Assembly (NCBI GenBank): GCA_963807625.1
Contig: CAWECN010000012.1
Location: 259,583 to 323,582 of the forward strand
Reading direction: 5' to 3'
Length of the DNA: 64,000 bases
Source of the DNA: an uncultured Gammaproteobacteria bacterium
GTDB lineage: Bacteria; Pseudomonadota; Gammaproteobacteria; SZUA-229
The translations under genes were made by a program, and so were the position numbers. How positions within the stretch are numbered: the stretch's first letter is position 1; each line of letters opens with the position of its first letter. Positions 20,333 through 29,813 of the stretch are shown one piece after another. The notes below the pieces were generated by a model that was not told where the DNA came from, made no database searches, and saw nothing but the letters and a program-made list of their open reading frames with translations.

Positions 20333-20965
20333 ATGATTAAAAGTCTGAACACAGAAGATACCCTGGAAAATGCCGGGCTAACCGAAGAAGAGCAGCTGCT
20401 GTTCAGTAATGCCCGGCCTAAAGCTTACGAACCTTATCCGATCAAGGCGGTCGAAGACTTTGCTAACTGGGCGCGTGCGAATTCATTATGGATACTGGCA
20501 TTCGGTACAGGCTGTGGCGCCATCGAACTGCGCCCGCTGATGACGGCACGATTCGATGCCAACCGTTTCGGTGTCGCCGGCCGTCCGACACCGAGACAGT
20601 CATCGGTATTCATCATCGGCGGCTATGCCTCGGTAAAAACACTGAAACGTATCGTTCGCAGCTATGAGCAGATGCAGGGGCCCAAGTTCGTGATCTGTCT
20701 CGGCATCTGCCCGGTCAACGGCGGCATGTATTTCGACAGTTACAACACGATCAACCAGTTCGACCAGTACATACCGGTCGACCTGTATATCACCGGCTGT
20801 ATGCCGCGCCCTGAAGTACTGGTCGCCGGCATCATGGAACTGCAGAAAAAGATCAAGGCCGGTGAATGTGACGGCGCCAACCGTTATGTAGAAAACTTCG
20901 ACTGGTATAAAGCCAACCAGAAAAAAGTCATCAAGAACTGGGATATGCCGGATTATAACTGGTAA
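20333..20965 (+). CDS. NuoB-like (hydrogenase small-subunit-like) Fe-S subunit with an incomplete cluster-N2 Cys set
   Basis: 210 aa. GTGCGAIEL shows a single Cys where NuoB has a CC pair. GICPVNGG and GCMPRPE match the NuoB motifs GxCxxxGG and CPP. Confidence 0.8.
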   Translation: MIKSLNTEDTLENAGLTEEEQLLFSNARPKAYEPYPIKAVEDFANWARANSLWILAFGTGCGAIELRPLMTARFDANRFGVAGRPTPRQSSVFIIGGYASVKTLKRIVRSYEQMQGPKFVICLGICPVNGGMYFDSYNTINQFDQYIPVDLYITGCMPRPEVLVAGIMELQKKIKAGECDGANRYVENFDWYKANQKKVIKNWDMPDYNW

Positions 20966-21011
20966 CAGAATTTGGCTGGTAGCCAATATTAGCTAATAGA
21001 TAAGTGAAACT

Positions 21012-21554
21012 ATGAATGAATTGATGGAAAGACTGCAGCGTGACTTTGGTGTCAATGACATCATCGTGCGTAAACCTGCGCTGACGACACTCAAGGTCAG
21101 TAAAGACAGTACTGAAACACTGATCCGTGAACTGCGCGATCGTGAAGGTTACACGCATCTCAATTTCATGACCTGCATCGACTATATCGAGGACGGCATT
21201 TTCACCCTGGTCTACATGCTGCACAACTTCGAAAAAACACACTCAATAGGCGTACACGTCGATATCAGCCGTGACAATGAAGACATGGTCTCCATCCATA
21301 CACTGTGGGCACAGGCATGGACCTACCAGCGGGAGCTGCGTGAGATGTACGGCATCAATTTCCCCGGCAGCCCGCGTCTCGAGGAAGACTTCTGCCTGGA
21401 AGGCTGGGACGATATACCACCGATGCGCCGCGAGTTCGATACCAAAAAATTCAGCCAGGAACGTTTCGGCCACCGTGAAGGCCGGCACAGCGAAGTGCCG
21501 CGTGAGCACATGAAAGTAGAAATCTACCCGAACCGCGGGGGTGACGAGAAATGA
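21012..21554 (+). CDS. NuoC-like (30-kDa subunit) protein
   Basis: 180 aa. ERELREMYGINFPGSP is the NuoC signature. Confidence 0.75.
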   Translation: MNELMERLQRDFGVNDIIVRKPALTTLKVSKDSTETLIRELRDREGYTHLNFMTCIDYIEDGIFTLVYMLHNFEKTHSIGVHVDISRDNEDMVSIHTLWAQAWTYQRELREMYGINFPGSPRLEEDFCLEGWDDIPPMRREFDTKKFSQERFGHREGRHSEVPREHMKVEIYPNRGGDEK

Positions 21555-22750
21555 AACTGCCATTTGGACGTGCCTCTAGCGGCCCCATATCAACAGGCCA
21601 CTCCGCCTCACTGGATTTTGCCCAGCCGGAACCTGTCGACCTGGCTTCAGGCAAATACGTCAAACTGTGGCAGGGCCCGCAGCACCCGGGGATTACCGGT
21701 AACATGTCACTGGAGCTGACGCTCGACGGTGACACCATCATCGATTGCAAGACCCACGTCGGCTACCTGCACCGCGGTTTCGAAAAGCTGATGGAACGCC
21801 GCAGCTTCATCCAGAACTTTACTGTGGTGTGCCGTATCGCAGTACCCGAACCGACATTCAACGAATACCTTTATTCTCATGCGGTCGAGGAACTCAGCGG
21901 CATCGAGATACCAGAGCGTGCCACCTGGCTACGCACCATGAACCTCGAAATGATGCGCCTCGCCAGTTTCCTGATGTGGATTGGCGGCCAGGGCGGCGCC
22001 TTCGGCCAGTACACCGTAGCTAACTGGACACTGGCCTATCGTGACTATGTACTCGACCTGTTCGAAGAGATGACCGGCGCCCGTATTTACCACATGTATA
22101 TCGTGCCCGGCGGCGTACGTGCCGGCCTGCCCGATGGTTTCGAGAAACGCGCACGCGAGATCATGGACGGTGCTGAAAAGCTACTCGATCAGATCGAACG
22201 CGTGATGTTTAACAATACTGTTTTCAAAGCACGCTCGAAAGGCCTCGCCATTATCCCGCCTGAAATGATCGACCCCTACGGTGTCGTCGGCCCTAATGCA
22301 CGCGCCTGCGGTGTTAAACGCGACCTGCGTAAAGACGAGCCTTACCTGGCCTACGATCAGCTCGATTTCGAAGTCATCACTGGCACAGATTCAGATGCTT
22401 ACGAACGTGCTTATCTGCGTCTGCAGGAAACCCGTCAATGCATCAGCCTGATCCGCCAGTGCCTGGATCGTATGCCGATGGATGGACCTTTCCAGGCAGA
22501 TATGCCCAACGTATTACACTGGAAAGTGCCTGCCGGTGAAACCTATGTGAAAGCGGAGTGTACCCGCGGAGAATACGGTTACTACATGGTGACCGATGGA
22601 TCAGAATTCGTGCGCCGTGTCCATGTACGCGGTCCGAGCTACACGCATGCCATCGCCGTGATGGAGCGCCTCGCCGTCGGCAACAATATCGCTGATATCG
22701 CCGGCATGATGGTTTCGCTGCACACATATCCACCCGAGATAGAGCGATGA
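21551..22750 (+). CDS. NuoD-like / [NiFe]-hydrogenase large-subunit-like protein lacking Ni-Fe cysteine ligands
   Basis: 399 aa. WQGPQHPG and HVGYLHRGFEKLME are NuoD-type motifs. There is no N-terminal RxCGxC and no C-terminal DPCxxC. The C-terminus ...VHVRGPSYTHAIAVMERLAVGNNIADIAGMMVSLHTYPPEIER has no cysteine. Confidence 0.8.
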   Translation: MKLPFGRASSGPISTGHSASLDFAQPEPVDLASGKYVKLWQGPQHPGITGNMSLELTLDGDTIIDCKTHVGYLHRGFEKLMERRSFIQNFTVVCRIAVPEPTFNEYLYSHAVEELSGIEIPERATWLRTMNLEMMRLASFLMWIGGQGGAFGQYTVANWTLAYRDYVLDLFEEMTGARIYHMYIVPGGVRAGLPDGFEKRAREIMDGAEKLLDQIERVMFNNTVFKARSKGLAIIPPEMIDPYGVVGPNARACGVKRDLRKDEPYLAYDQLDFEVITGTDSDAYERAYLRLQETRQCISLIRQCLDRMPMDGPFQADMPNVLHWKVPAGETYVKAECTRGEYGYYMVTDGSEFVRRVHVRGPSYTHAIAVMERLAVGNNIADIAGMMVSLHTYPPEIER

Positions 22751-22766
22751 TGGGAGAGATAATGTC

Positions 22767-24575
22767 ATGAGCTTAAAAGACCTGCTCTCACCTTTTTTCG
22801 TCTGGCAGCGTGCCTTCGAAAAACCTTATACCTCGATTCGACCAACAATCGATCGTCCAGGCGCACCGGCTTACCGCGGCTTTCATATCAACATCACCGA
22901 AACCTGCGTCGGCTGCGGCAGCTGCCACGAGATCTGCCAGAACCAGGCCATCGATATGGTCGCGGTCGAGGAATTCCAGGGCCGTGACGGCGACAGCGGA
23001 CTGCGCCCGCGTTTTGATTACGGCCGCTGCTGCTGGTGCGGTCTCTGTGTCGATATCTGTACCGCCGCCTCGCTTCGCATGAGCAACGAATACGCCTGGA
23101 TCAGTGAAGATCCGAACTCATTTCACTTCACTGCCGGTGTCGATGACAAGCCATGGCAGGACAACGAACACGGTTACCGCCGCGCTGAAGGTTATCACCT
23201 GTATCCGCCCAAACGCATCGAGATGGATATGCTGTCGCCGGAAGAAAGTGTTAAGTCGTTCGATGAAGTCGCCAAAGGTTATGACGAACAGCAGGCGAAA
23301 AAAGAAGCCGACCGCTGTGTTGAGTGCGGCATCTGTGTTGCTACCTGTCCGGCGCACATGGATGTCCCTGATTATATTCACAGCATCCGCGACGGTGACT
23401 ACGAAAAAGGCCTGCAGCTGATGTACCGTACCAACCCGTTCCCGGCGACCTGCGGCCGCATCTGTACACGAAACTGCGAATCAGTATGTCCCGTAGGTAT
23501 CCTCGGTGAACCGGTCGCAATCCGCTGGCTGAAACGTTTCATCGTCGACCAGGTCGATAAAAAAGATTACAAACGTATATTGAATGAGCAGATAACTGAA
23601 AGCGGACGCAAGGTTGCCATCATCGGTGCCGGACCGGGCGGGCTCAGTGCAGCTTATTACCTGCGCCAGCAGGGGCATGCCGTTACCGTATTCGAAGCAC
23701 AGGAATCAGGTGGTGGTATGCTGCGCTACGGTGTACCGAGTTATCGACTGCCGGACGATGATCTGGATAAGGATATCGATTACATCGTCTCACTCGGCGT
23801 CGATATCAGGTACAACACCCGAGTTGGTAAAGACGTCACATTTGAAAAACTGCTGGAAGATTATGATGCATTGTTTATGTCTACCGGACTTTCTGTGCCT
23901 TCCAATATGCGCATCCAGGGTGAAGACCATCCGCGCGTCTTATCCGGCCTGCAGGTACTGGCCGATGTGGCCAACGGACGCGACCCGGGTATCGGCAAGA
24001 AAGTCGCTGTCATCGGTGGTGGTAATGTGGCAATGGACGCGGCACGTGTCTCCCGACGCTTCGGTGCGGATGTCACCATACTCTACCGCCGCCGTATCAG
24101 CGAGATGCCGGCAGATGAAGAAGAGATTCACGAATCTCAGGAAGAAGGCTGCACCATCGTACAGCAGGCGATCCCGGTCGAAGTCATCAATGCCGAGAGC
24201 GCCGAGCAGGTTTCAATCAGATGGGGTGAAGCCGAAATGGTCGATGACCCCAAAGGCGGTCGTCCCCGTCCTGTACTGCAGGAAGACCGCATGCATACCG
24301 AGACCTATGACTGCATCATCTCAGCCATCGGTCAGGGCAGCAACCTGGACTACATCCCGAAAGAGGTTCAGGAGCAAATGGAAGTTGAATGGGGCAAATT
24401 CACACCCGGTGAATATCAGCATACGATACTTGAAAAAGTCTTTGTCGGCGGTGATTTTGCCAACCGTACGGCCGATGCCATCAGCGCTATCGAAGACGGT
24501 CATCACGCTGCCCGCGGTATTAACCGTTTCCTCAACCCGGATGCTTACATCGATACAGAACAACAGGTAAATTAA
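22767..24575 (+). CDS. Fusion protein: N-terminal 2x[4Fe-4S] ferredoxin (NuoI/MbhN-like) joined to a GltD/SudA-like NAD(P)H-dependent FAD oxidoreductase
   Basis: CVGCGSCHEICQN and CCWCGLCVDICTAAS are two ferredoxin motifs. CVECGICVATCP...PFPATCGRICTRNCESVCPVG is a GltD-type N-terminal Fe-S region. KVAIIGAGPGGLSAAYY and KVAVIGGGNVAMDAAR are two dinucleotide-binding folds. Confidence 0.8.
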   Translation: MSLKDLLSPFFVWQRAFEKPYTSIRPTIDRPGAPAYRGFHINITETCVGCGSCHEICQNQAIDMVAVEEFQGRDGDSGLRPRFDYGRCCWCGLCVDICTAASLRMSNEYAWISEDPNSFHFTAGVDDKPWQDNEHGYRRAEGYHLYPPKRIEMDMLSPEESVKSFDEVAKGYDEQQAKKEADRCVECGICVATCPAHMDVPDYIHSIRDGDYEKGLQLMYRTNPFPATCGRICTRNCESVCPVGILGEPVAIRWLKRFIVDQVDKKDYKRILNEQITESGRKVAIIGAGPGGLSAAYYLRQQGHAVTVFEAQESGGGMLRYGVPSYRLPDDDLDKDIDYIVSLGVDIRYNTRVGKDVTFEKLLEDYDALFMSTGLSVPSNMRIQGEDHPRVLSGLQVLADVANGRDPGIGKKVAVIGGGNVAMDAARVSRRFGADVTILYRRRISEMPADEEEIHESQEEGCTIVQQAIPVEVINAESAEQVSIRWGEAEMVDDPKGGRPRPVLQEDRMHTETYDCIISAIGQGSNLDYIPKEVQEQMEVEWGKFTPGEYQHTILEKVFVGGDFANRTADAISAIEDGHHAARGINRFLNPDAYIDTEQQVN

Positions 24576-24590
24576 AGCAGGTAAATTAAT

Positions 24591-25037
24591 ATGAATACAG
24601 TTGATGAGATACTGGATTACGCCATTGATCAGGAACAGCAGGCAGCTGATTTTTATGCAGATGTCGCACAACGCGCCGAGTCAGCCGGCATGAAAAAACT
24701 GCTGCTGGACTTTTCCGAAGAAGAAAAACGCCATAAAGAGATCCTGCTGGCAGTGAAAACCGGCGAGCATGAACTGACACCGGAACAGGAAGTACTGGAT
24801 CTGAAGATTTCTGATTACCTGGTCGAAGTCGAAGCCAGTGAAAACATCTCCTATCAGGACGCGTTGATCATCGCGATGAAACGTGAACGCGCCGCCTATG
24901 AACTCTACACCGACATGGCGGCAAAAGTACCCGAAAGCCACCTCAAGGAAGTGCTCGAGGGCCTCGCCAAAGAAGAGGCGAAGCATAAACTGTTCTTCGA
25001 AGCAGAATATGATGAACGGGTGCTGATGGACAACTAA
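24591..25037 (+). CDS. Rubrerythrin/ferritin-like diiron protein (no rubredoxin domain)
   Basis: 148 aa with two E..H di-iron half-sites (EEEKRHKE, EEAKHKL) in a four-helix-bundle pattern. It starts 16 nt after the preceding gene, so it is probably co-transcribed. Confidence 0.6.
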   Translation: MNTVDEILDYAIDQEQQAADFYADVAQRAESAGMKKLLLDFSEEEKRHKEILLAVKTGEHELTPEQEVLDLKISDYLVEVEASENISYQDALIIAMKRERAAYELYTDMAAKVPESHLKEVLEGLAKEEAKHKLFFEAEYDERVLMDN

Positions 25038-25063
25038 AAAGCAGCGAAAAGTGAAAAATAGAT

Positions 25064-25133
25064 TGTCATCTCGACTAAAGGGAGAGATCTTTACCACCAG
25101 CATATCAGATCTCTCCCTTTAGTCGAGATGACA
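25064..25133. repeat. Perfect 27-bp inverted repeat (hairpin, 16-nt loop) between the rubrerythrin-like gene and pgm
   Basis: TGTCATCTCGACTAAAGGGAGAGATCT ... AGATCTCTCCCTTTAGTCGAGATGACA. No T-run follows. Confidence 0.8.
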
Positions 25134-25164
25134 TATAATTCCACGCCATAAATTCTTCCTGTAA

Positions 25165-26823
<1,659 letters not shown>

Positions 26824-26927
26824 TAAGATAACGATACAGGGGAGTTAAAACATAAGTTGATACTAATCAAGGCAGGACCTAGGTAACTGTTGTTAACTGA
26901 TACAATGTCAAATAGAGAGAGCCTTAT

Positions 26928-27164
26928 ATGCCGATAGCACACCACCCATTAATCGAAGAATTCCCTGAATATAAAGATGCCATTCATGATCTTAAAATGA
27001 GTAATGCACATTTCTCACGACTAGCACATGAATACGAAGGCATCGATAAATCAATATTCCGTGCTGAACAGGGAATTGAAATCGTTAATGACGATTACCT
27101 GGAAAGAATAAAAAAAGAACGTCTTCATCTAAAAGACCTTATTTACAGCATGTTAAGGAACTGA
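26928..27164 (+). CDS. YdcH-like DUF465 protein
   Basis: 78 aa. The pattern HPLIEEFPEY...HF..L...Y is characteristic of the DUF465/YdcH family. Confidence 0.55.
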   Translation: MPIAHHPLIEEFPEYKDAIHDLKMSNAHFSRLAHEYEGIDKSIFRAEQGIEIVNDDYLERIKKERLHLKDLIYSMLRN

Positions 27165-27175
27165 ACGTTAATCAT

Positions 27176-27529
27176 TTGCATGGATATTACAGGAAACAGA
27201 CTATGACATCATATCAGTCAACCGCAAAGCAGCTCGAAGCGCTCCGTGAAGAACTAACTCAAAGGATCGATGCAATAGAAAAGGATGTTCATCATAAAAC
27301 AGAACCTGTCGAAAAAGACTTTGCCGAACAGGTAACGCAGAGGGAAAATGACGATGTGTTGTCAGCGATCGATAACGAAGCACAACACACCGTGCAACTC
27401 ATCGACGCTGCCCTTGTCCGTATCAAAAATGGCGACTATGGCATATGCGCAAAATGTGGCGAAGCGATCCCCGAAAAGAGACTCGCCGCGCTGCCTTATG
27501 TAACGACCTGTGTAAACTGCGCTGAATAA
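27176..27529 (+). CDS. DksA/TraR-family C4 zinc-finger protein
   Basis: C-terminal CAKCGEAIPEKRLAALPYVTTCVNC is a four-Cys zinc ribbon of the DksA/TraR family. A coiled-coil N-terminal part is present. The true start may be at 27200. Confidence 0.75.
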   Translation: MHGYYRKQTMTSYQSTAKQLEALREELTQRIDAIEKDVHHKTEPVEKDFAEQVTQRENDDVLSAIDNEAQHTVQLIDAALVRIKNGDYGICAKCGEAIPEKRLAALPYVTTCVNCAE

Positions 27530-27556
27530 CATTTTCAGAATCTGATATCGACATAA

Positions 27557-27580
27557 AAAGCCGCTTTTTGCGGTTTTTTT
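27557..27580 (+). terminator. Rho-independent terminator
   Basis: AAAGCCGC-TTTTT-GCGGTTTTTTT. Confidence 0.75.
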
Positions 27581-27668
27581 ATTCTCGTATTCCAGCTTAA
27601 TACATCTATTTTTTACTTATAGAATCAGTAAAATACAAGCGAACCGGTAACCGACTATAGGCAATATC

Positions 27669-28346
27669 ATGCTCAACACCAAAAATACTAAACCTGTAAC
27701 ATTAATCTTTCTCCTGGTATCTTTAACCAGCATGAACGCACAGGCAGCGTTTAATGATTCGCGTGTTAAAAAGTGGGAGTTCTACCTGGCACCGCAGGTT
27801 ACCAACTCGAAAGTTTTGCAGTTTGAAAATGGCGCGGAAGCAGATATAAACAAACGCTCGAGCTTAGGTTTTGGACTTGGTTACAACCTGAACGCACATA
27901 TCGAACTCAACCTGGAATTCTCATCCAGCAACGGTAACTATACATCTACAGTTGTTCCCGAAGACCCAGGTGATTCGCCAGTGACCAGCACTCAATCATT
28001 ATATACAAGCACTATCGACTTTGGCTTCACCTTCAATTTCCTGAGCTCACCATTTACGCCTTACGTCACAGCCAATATAGGTTCAACCTATATAGACTCA
28101 GGAATCTTTACCGGAAACGTGGGCACCGGCTGCTGGTATTATCCTTACTGGGGGTATGTCTGCGGCCCGGTAGCACAGACCTACACTTCGACCGAAATAA
28201 ATTATGGTGCAGCCCTGGGCCTGCGTTATGACTTTAATCGCAAACTCTATATCAAAGGCGACGTCGGCAAAAACTATATTGATTTTGGCAATAGCAACAC
28301 CCCGGACTTCACTACCTATCGCTTCATCTTCGGTTTCATGTTCTAA
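27669..28346 (+). CDS. Outer-membrane beta-barrel protein (OmpA-like/OmpW-like eight-strand type)
   Basis: Signal peptide (MNAQAAF). Alternating-hydrophobic beta strands and a C-terminal aromatic residue (FGFMF). Confidence 0.6.
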   Translation: MLNTKNTKPVTLIFLLVSLTSMNAQAAFNDSRVKKWEFYLAPQVTNSKVLQFENGAEADINKRSSLGFGLGYNLNAHIELNLEFSSSNGNYTSTVVPEDPGDSPVTSTQSLYTSTIDFGFTFNFLSSPFTPYVTANIGSTYIDSGIFTGNVGTGCWYYPYWGYVCGPVAQTYTSTEINYGAALGLRYDFNRKLYIKGDVGKNYIDFGNSNTPDFTTYRFIFGFMF

Positions 28347-28505
28347 AGACCCAGCCAATGACAGGGCTACTACCTGATTGATTCAGCAAGTCATTTATCA
28401 TAGACGACGTGCTCGACAGGAAGATACACCATGGATATTTGAATACGGCAGAAACTTACAGGGATTTCCATAGTCCTACTGTCAATTATTTCAAATGGAA
28501 CCACG

Positions 28506-29120
28506 ATGAAAACATTATCCCTGTTGTTACTGAGCCTGTTTATCACGCCCGTTATCGCTTCTAACCAGGAAGCGACCACCTCACCCGTTCAAAAAAGTGA
28601 GACCGCGATATTTGCCGGCGGCTGTTTCTGGTGCATGGAACCGCCGTTCGACAAACTAGACGGCGTCATCTCGACCACCTCAGGCTATACCGCTGGCCAT
28701 AAAGAGAACCCAACTTATAGAGAGGTTTCAGCAGGCAGCACCGGCCACACCGAAGCCATACAGATCAAATATGATCCAGTAAAAATCACCTACCCCGAAT
28801 TACTGAATGTCTTCTGGAAGAATATCGACCCTGTCGCAGTCGACCGACAATTCTGTGATGCCGGCTCTCAGTACCGTGCAGGCATCTATTATCTCGACGC
28901 AACACAGGAAGCTGAAGCAAGGCGGTCACTCCAGGCACTGAAAGACAACAAACCTTTTGCAGGAAAGATCACCACGGAGATCCTGCCAGCCACGAAGTTT
29001 TACCCGGCTGAAGACTATCATCAGGACTATTATCAGAAAAATCCACTACGCTATAAATATTATCGATTCGCATGCGGACGTGATCAACGTTTAGAGGAAA
29101 TATGGGGCAGCAAGAAATAA
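28506..29120 (+). CDS. msrA: Peptide-methionine (S)-S-oxide reductase, periplasmic
   Basis: The GGCFWCMEPPF active-site motif is present. Signal peptide, 204 aa. Confidence 0.9.
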   Translation: MKTLSLLLLSLFITPVIASNQEATTSPVQKSETAIFAGGCFWCMEPPFDKLDGVISTTSGYTAGHKENPTYREVSAGSTGHTEAIQIKYDPVKITYPELLNVFWKNIDPVAVDRQFCDAGSQYRAGIYYLDATQEAEARRSLQALKDNKPFAGKITTEILPATKFYPAEDYHQDYYQKNPLRYKYYRFACGRDQRLEEIWGSKK

Positions 29121-29239
29121 TAATACAGCTTACTCTGTCATCCTGAACGCTAGTGAAGACTCTAAAAGTACTGTCGTAAAAGAGCCCTCACTAACGTTCA
29201 GGAATGCATAGTATTTGTGACCGCCGTTTTTATTATCGA

Positions 29240-29632
29240 TCAGCGTTGTGGTTCTGTATAACGTCCACCATAACCAGGTCCGTAATAAGGGGCATAATTT
29301 GGCTGACGAGCATTACGATCAACACCGCCATAGTTAGAACCATCATAATTATTGTAATAACGGTCAAAGTAGATGTTTTCTGAACCATTACGCAGGTTGC
29401 CGTAGACATAACCATCAGCATCACCACGCAGTTTCATATTGAACTGGACATTCCCCTGAAGTGAACCATCACCTGAGGTATCGCCAGAACCACCATGGTG
29501 TCCCTGGTAATAACTATTGTTACGCCAGTTATTATTCCCGTTATTCCTACTATAGTTATTATCCCACCAGGCATTGGCCGAAGCTGAGATCATTAACGAC
29601 ATCATCGTTGAAACACATAGCAGATATTTCAT
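29240..29632 (-). CDS. Secreted low-complexity Gly/Tyr/Asn/Trp-rich protein, putative sulfur globule protein (Sgp-like), paralog 1
   Basis: MKYLLCVSTMMSLMISASANA is a signal peptide. The mature part is about 55% G/Y/N/R/D/W (NNYDGSNYGG, YYGPGYGGRY). A GAGGTG RBS precedes the ATG. It is paralogous to 43268..43684. Confidence 0.5.
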   Translation of the reverse strand: MKYLLCVSTMMSLMISASANAWWDNNYSRNNGNNNWRNNSYYQGHHGGSGDTSGDGSLQGNVQFNMKLRGDADGYVYGNLRNGSENIYFDRYYNNYDGSNYGGVDRNARQPNYAPYYGPGYGGRYTEPQR

Positions 29633-29813
29633 ATAGCACCTCATATGGATACATCGATTACTATACCCTGTGGACAACTATATAAAATCCATCTATCAAA
29701 TACAATAAGTGTTATAAAACCAAAAAGAGACCATCGCCGTTTTTGGCGATGATCTCATAATAATAGAGCCATCCGTGGCAAGCAGGAGTCCTTTCTGTCA
29801 GCTATGACAAGTT

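Noticed and set aside
21551-22750. Calling the NuoD-like protein a [NiFe]-hydrogenase large subunit (H2-evolving complex)
   Set aside because: Both Ni-Fe binding motifs are absent. The N-terminus has no RxCGxC, and the C-terminal 45 residues have no cysteine at all. So I do not infer H2 metabolism.
23614-24570. 318-aa plus-strand ORF in an alternative frame, overlapping the ferredoxin–GltD gene
   Set aside because: Ser/Arg/Thr-rich low-complexity product with no motifs. It is fully contained in a gene with two ferredoxin motifs and two Rossmann folds in the other frame.
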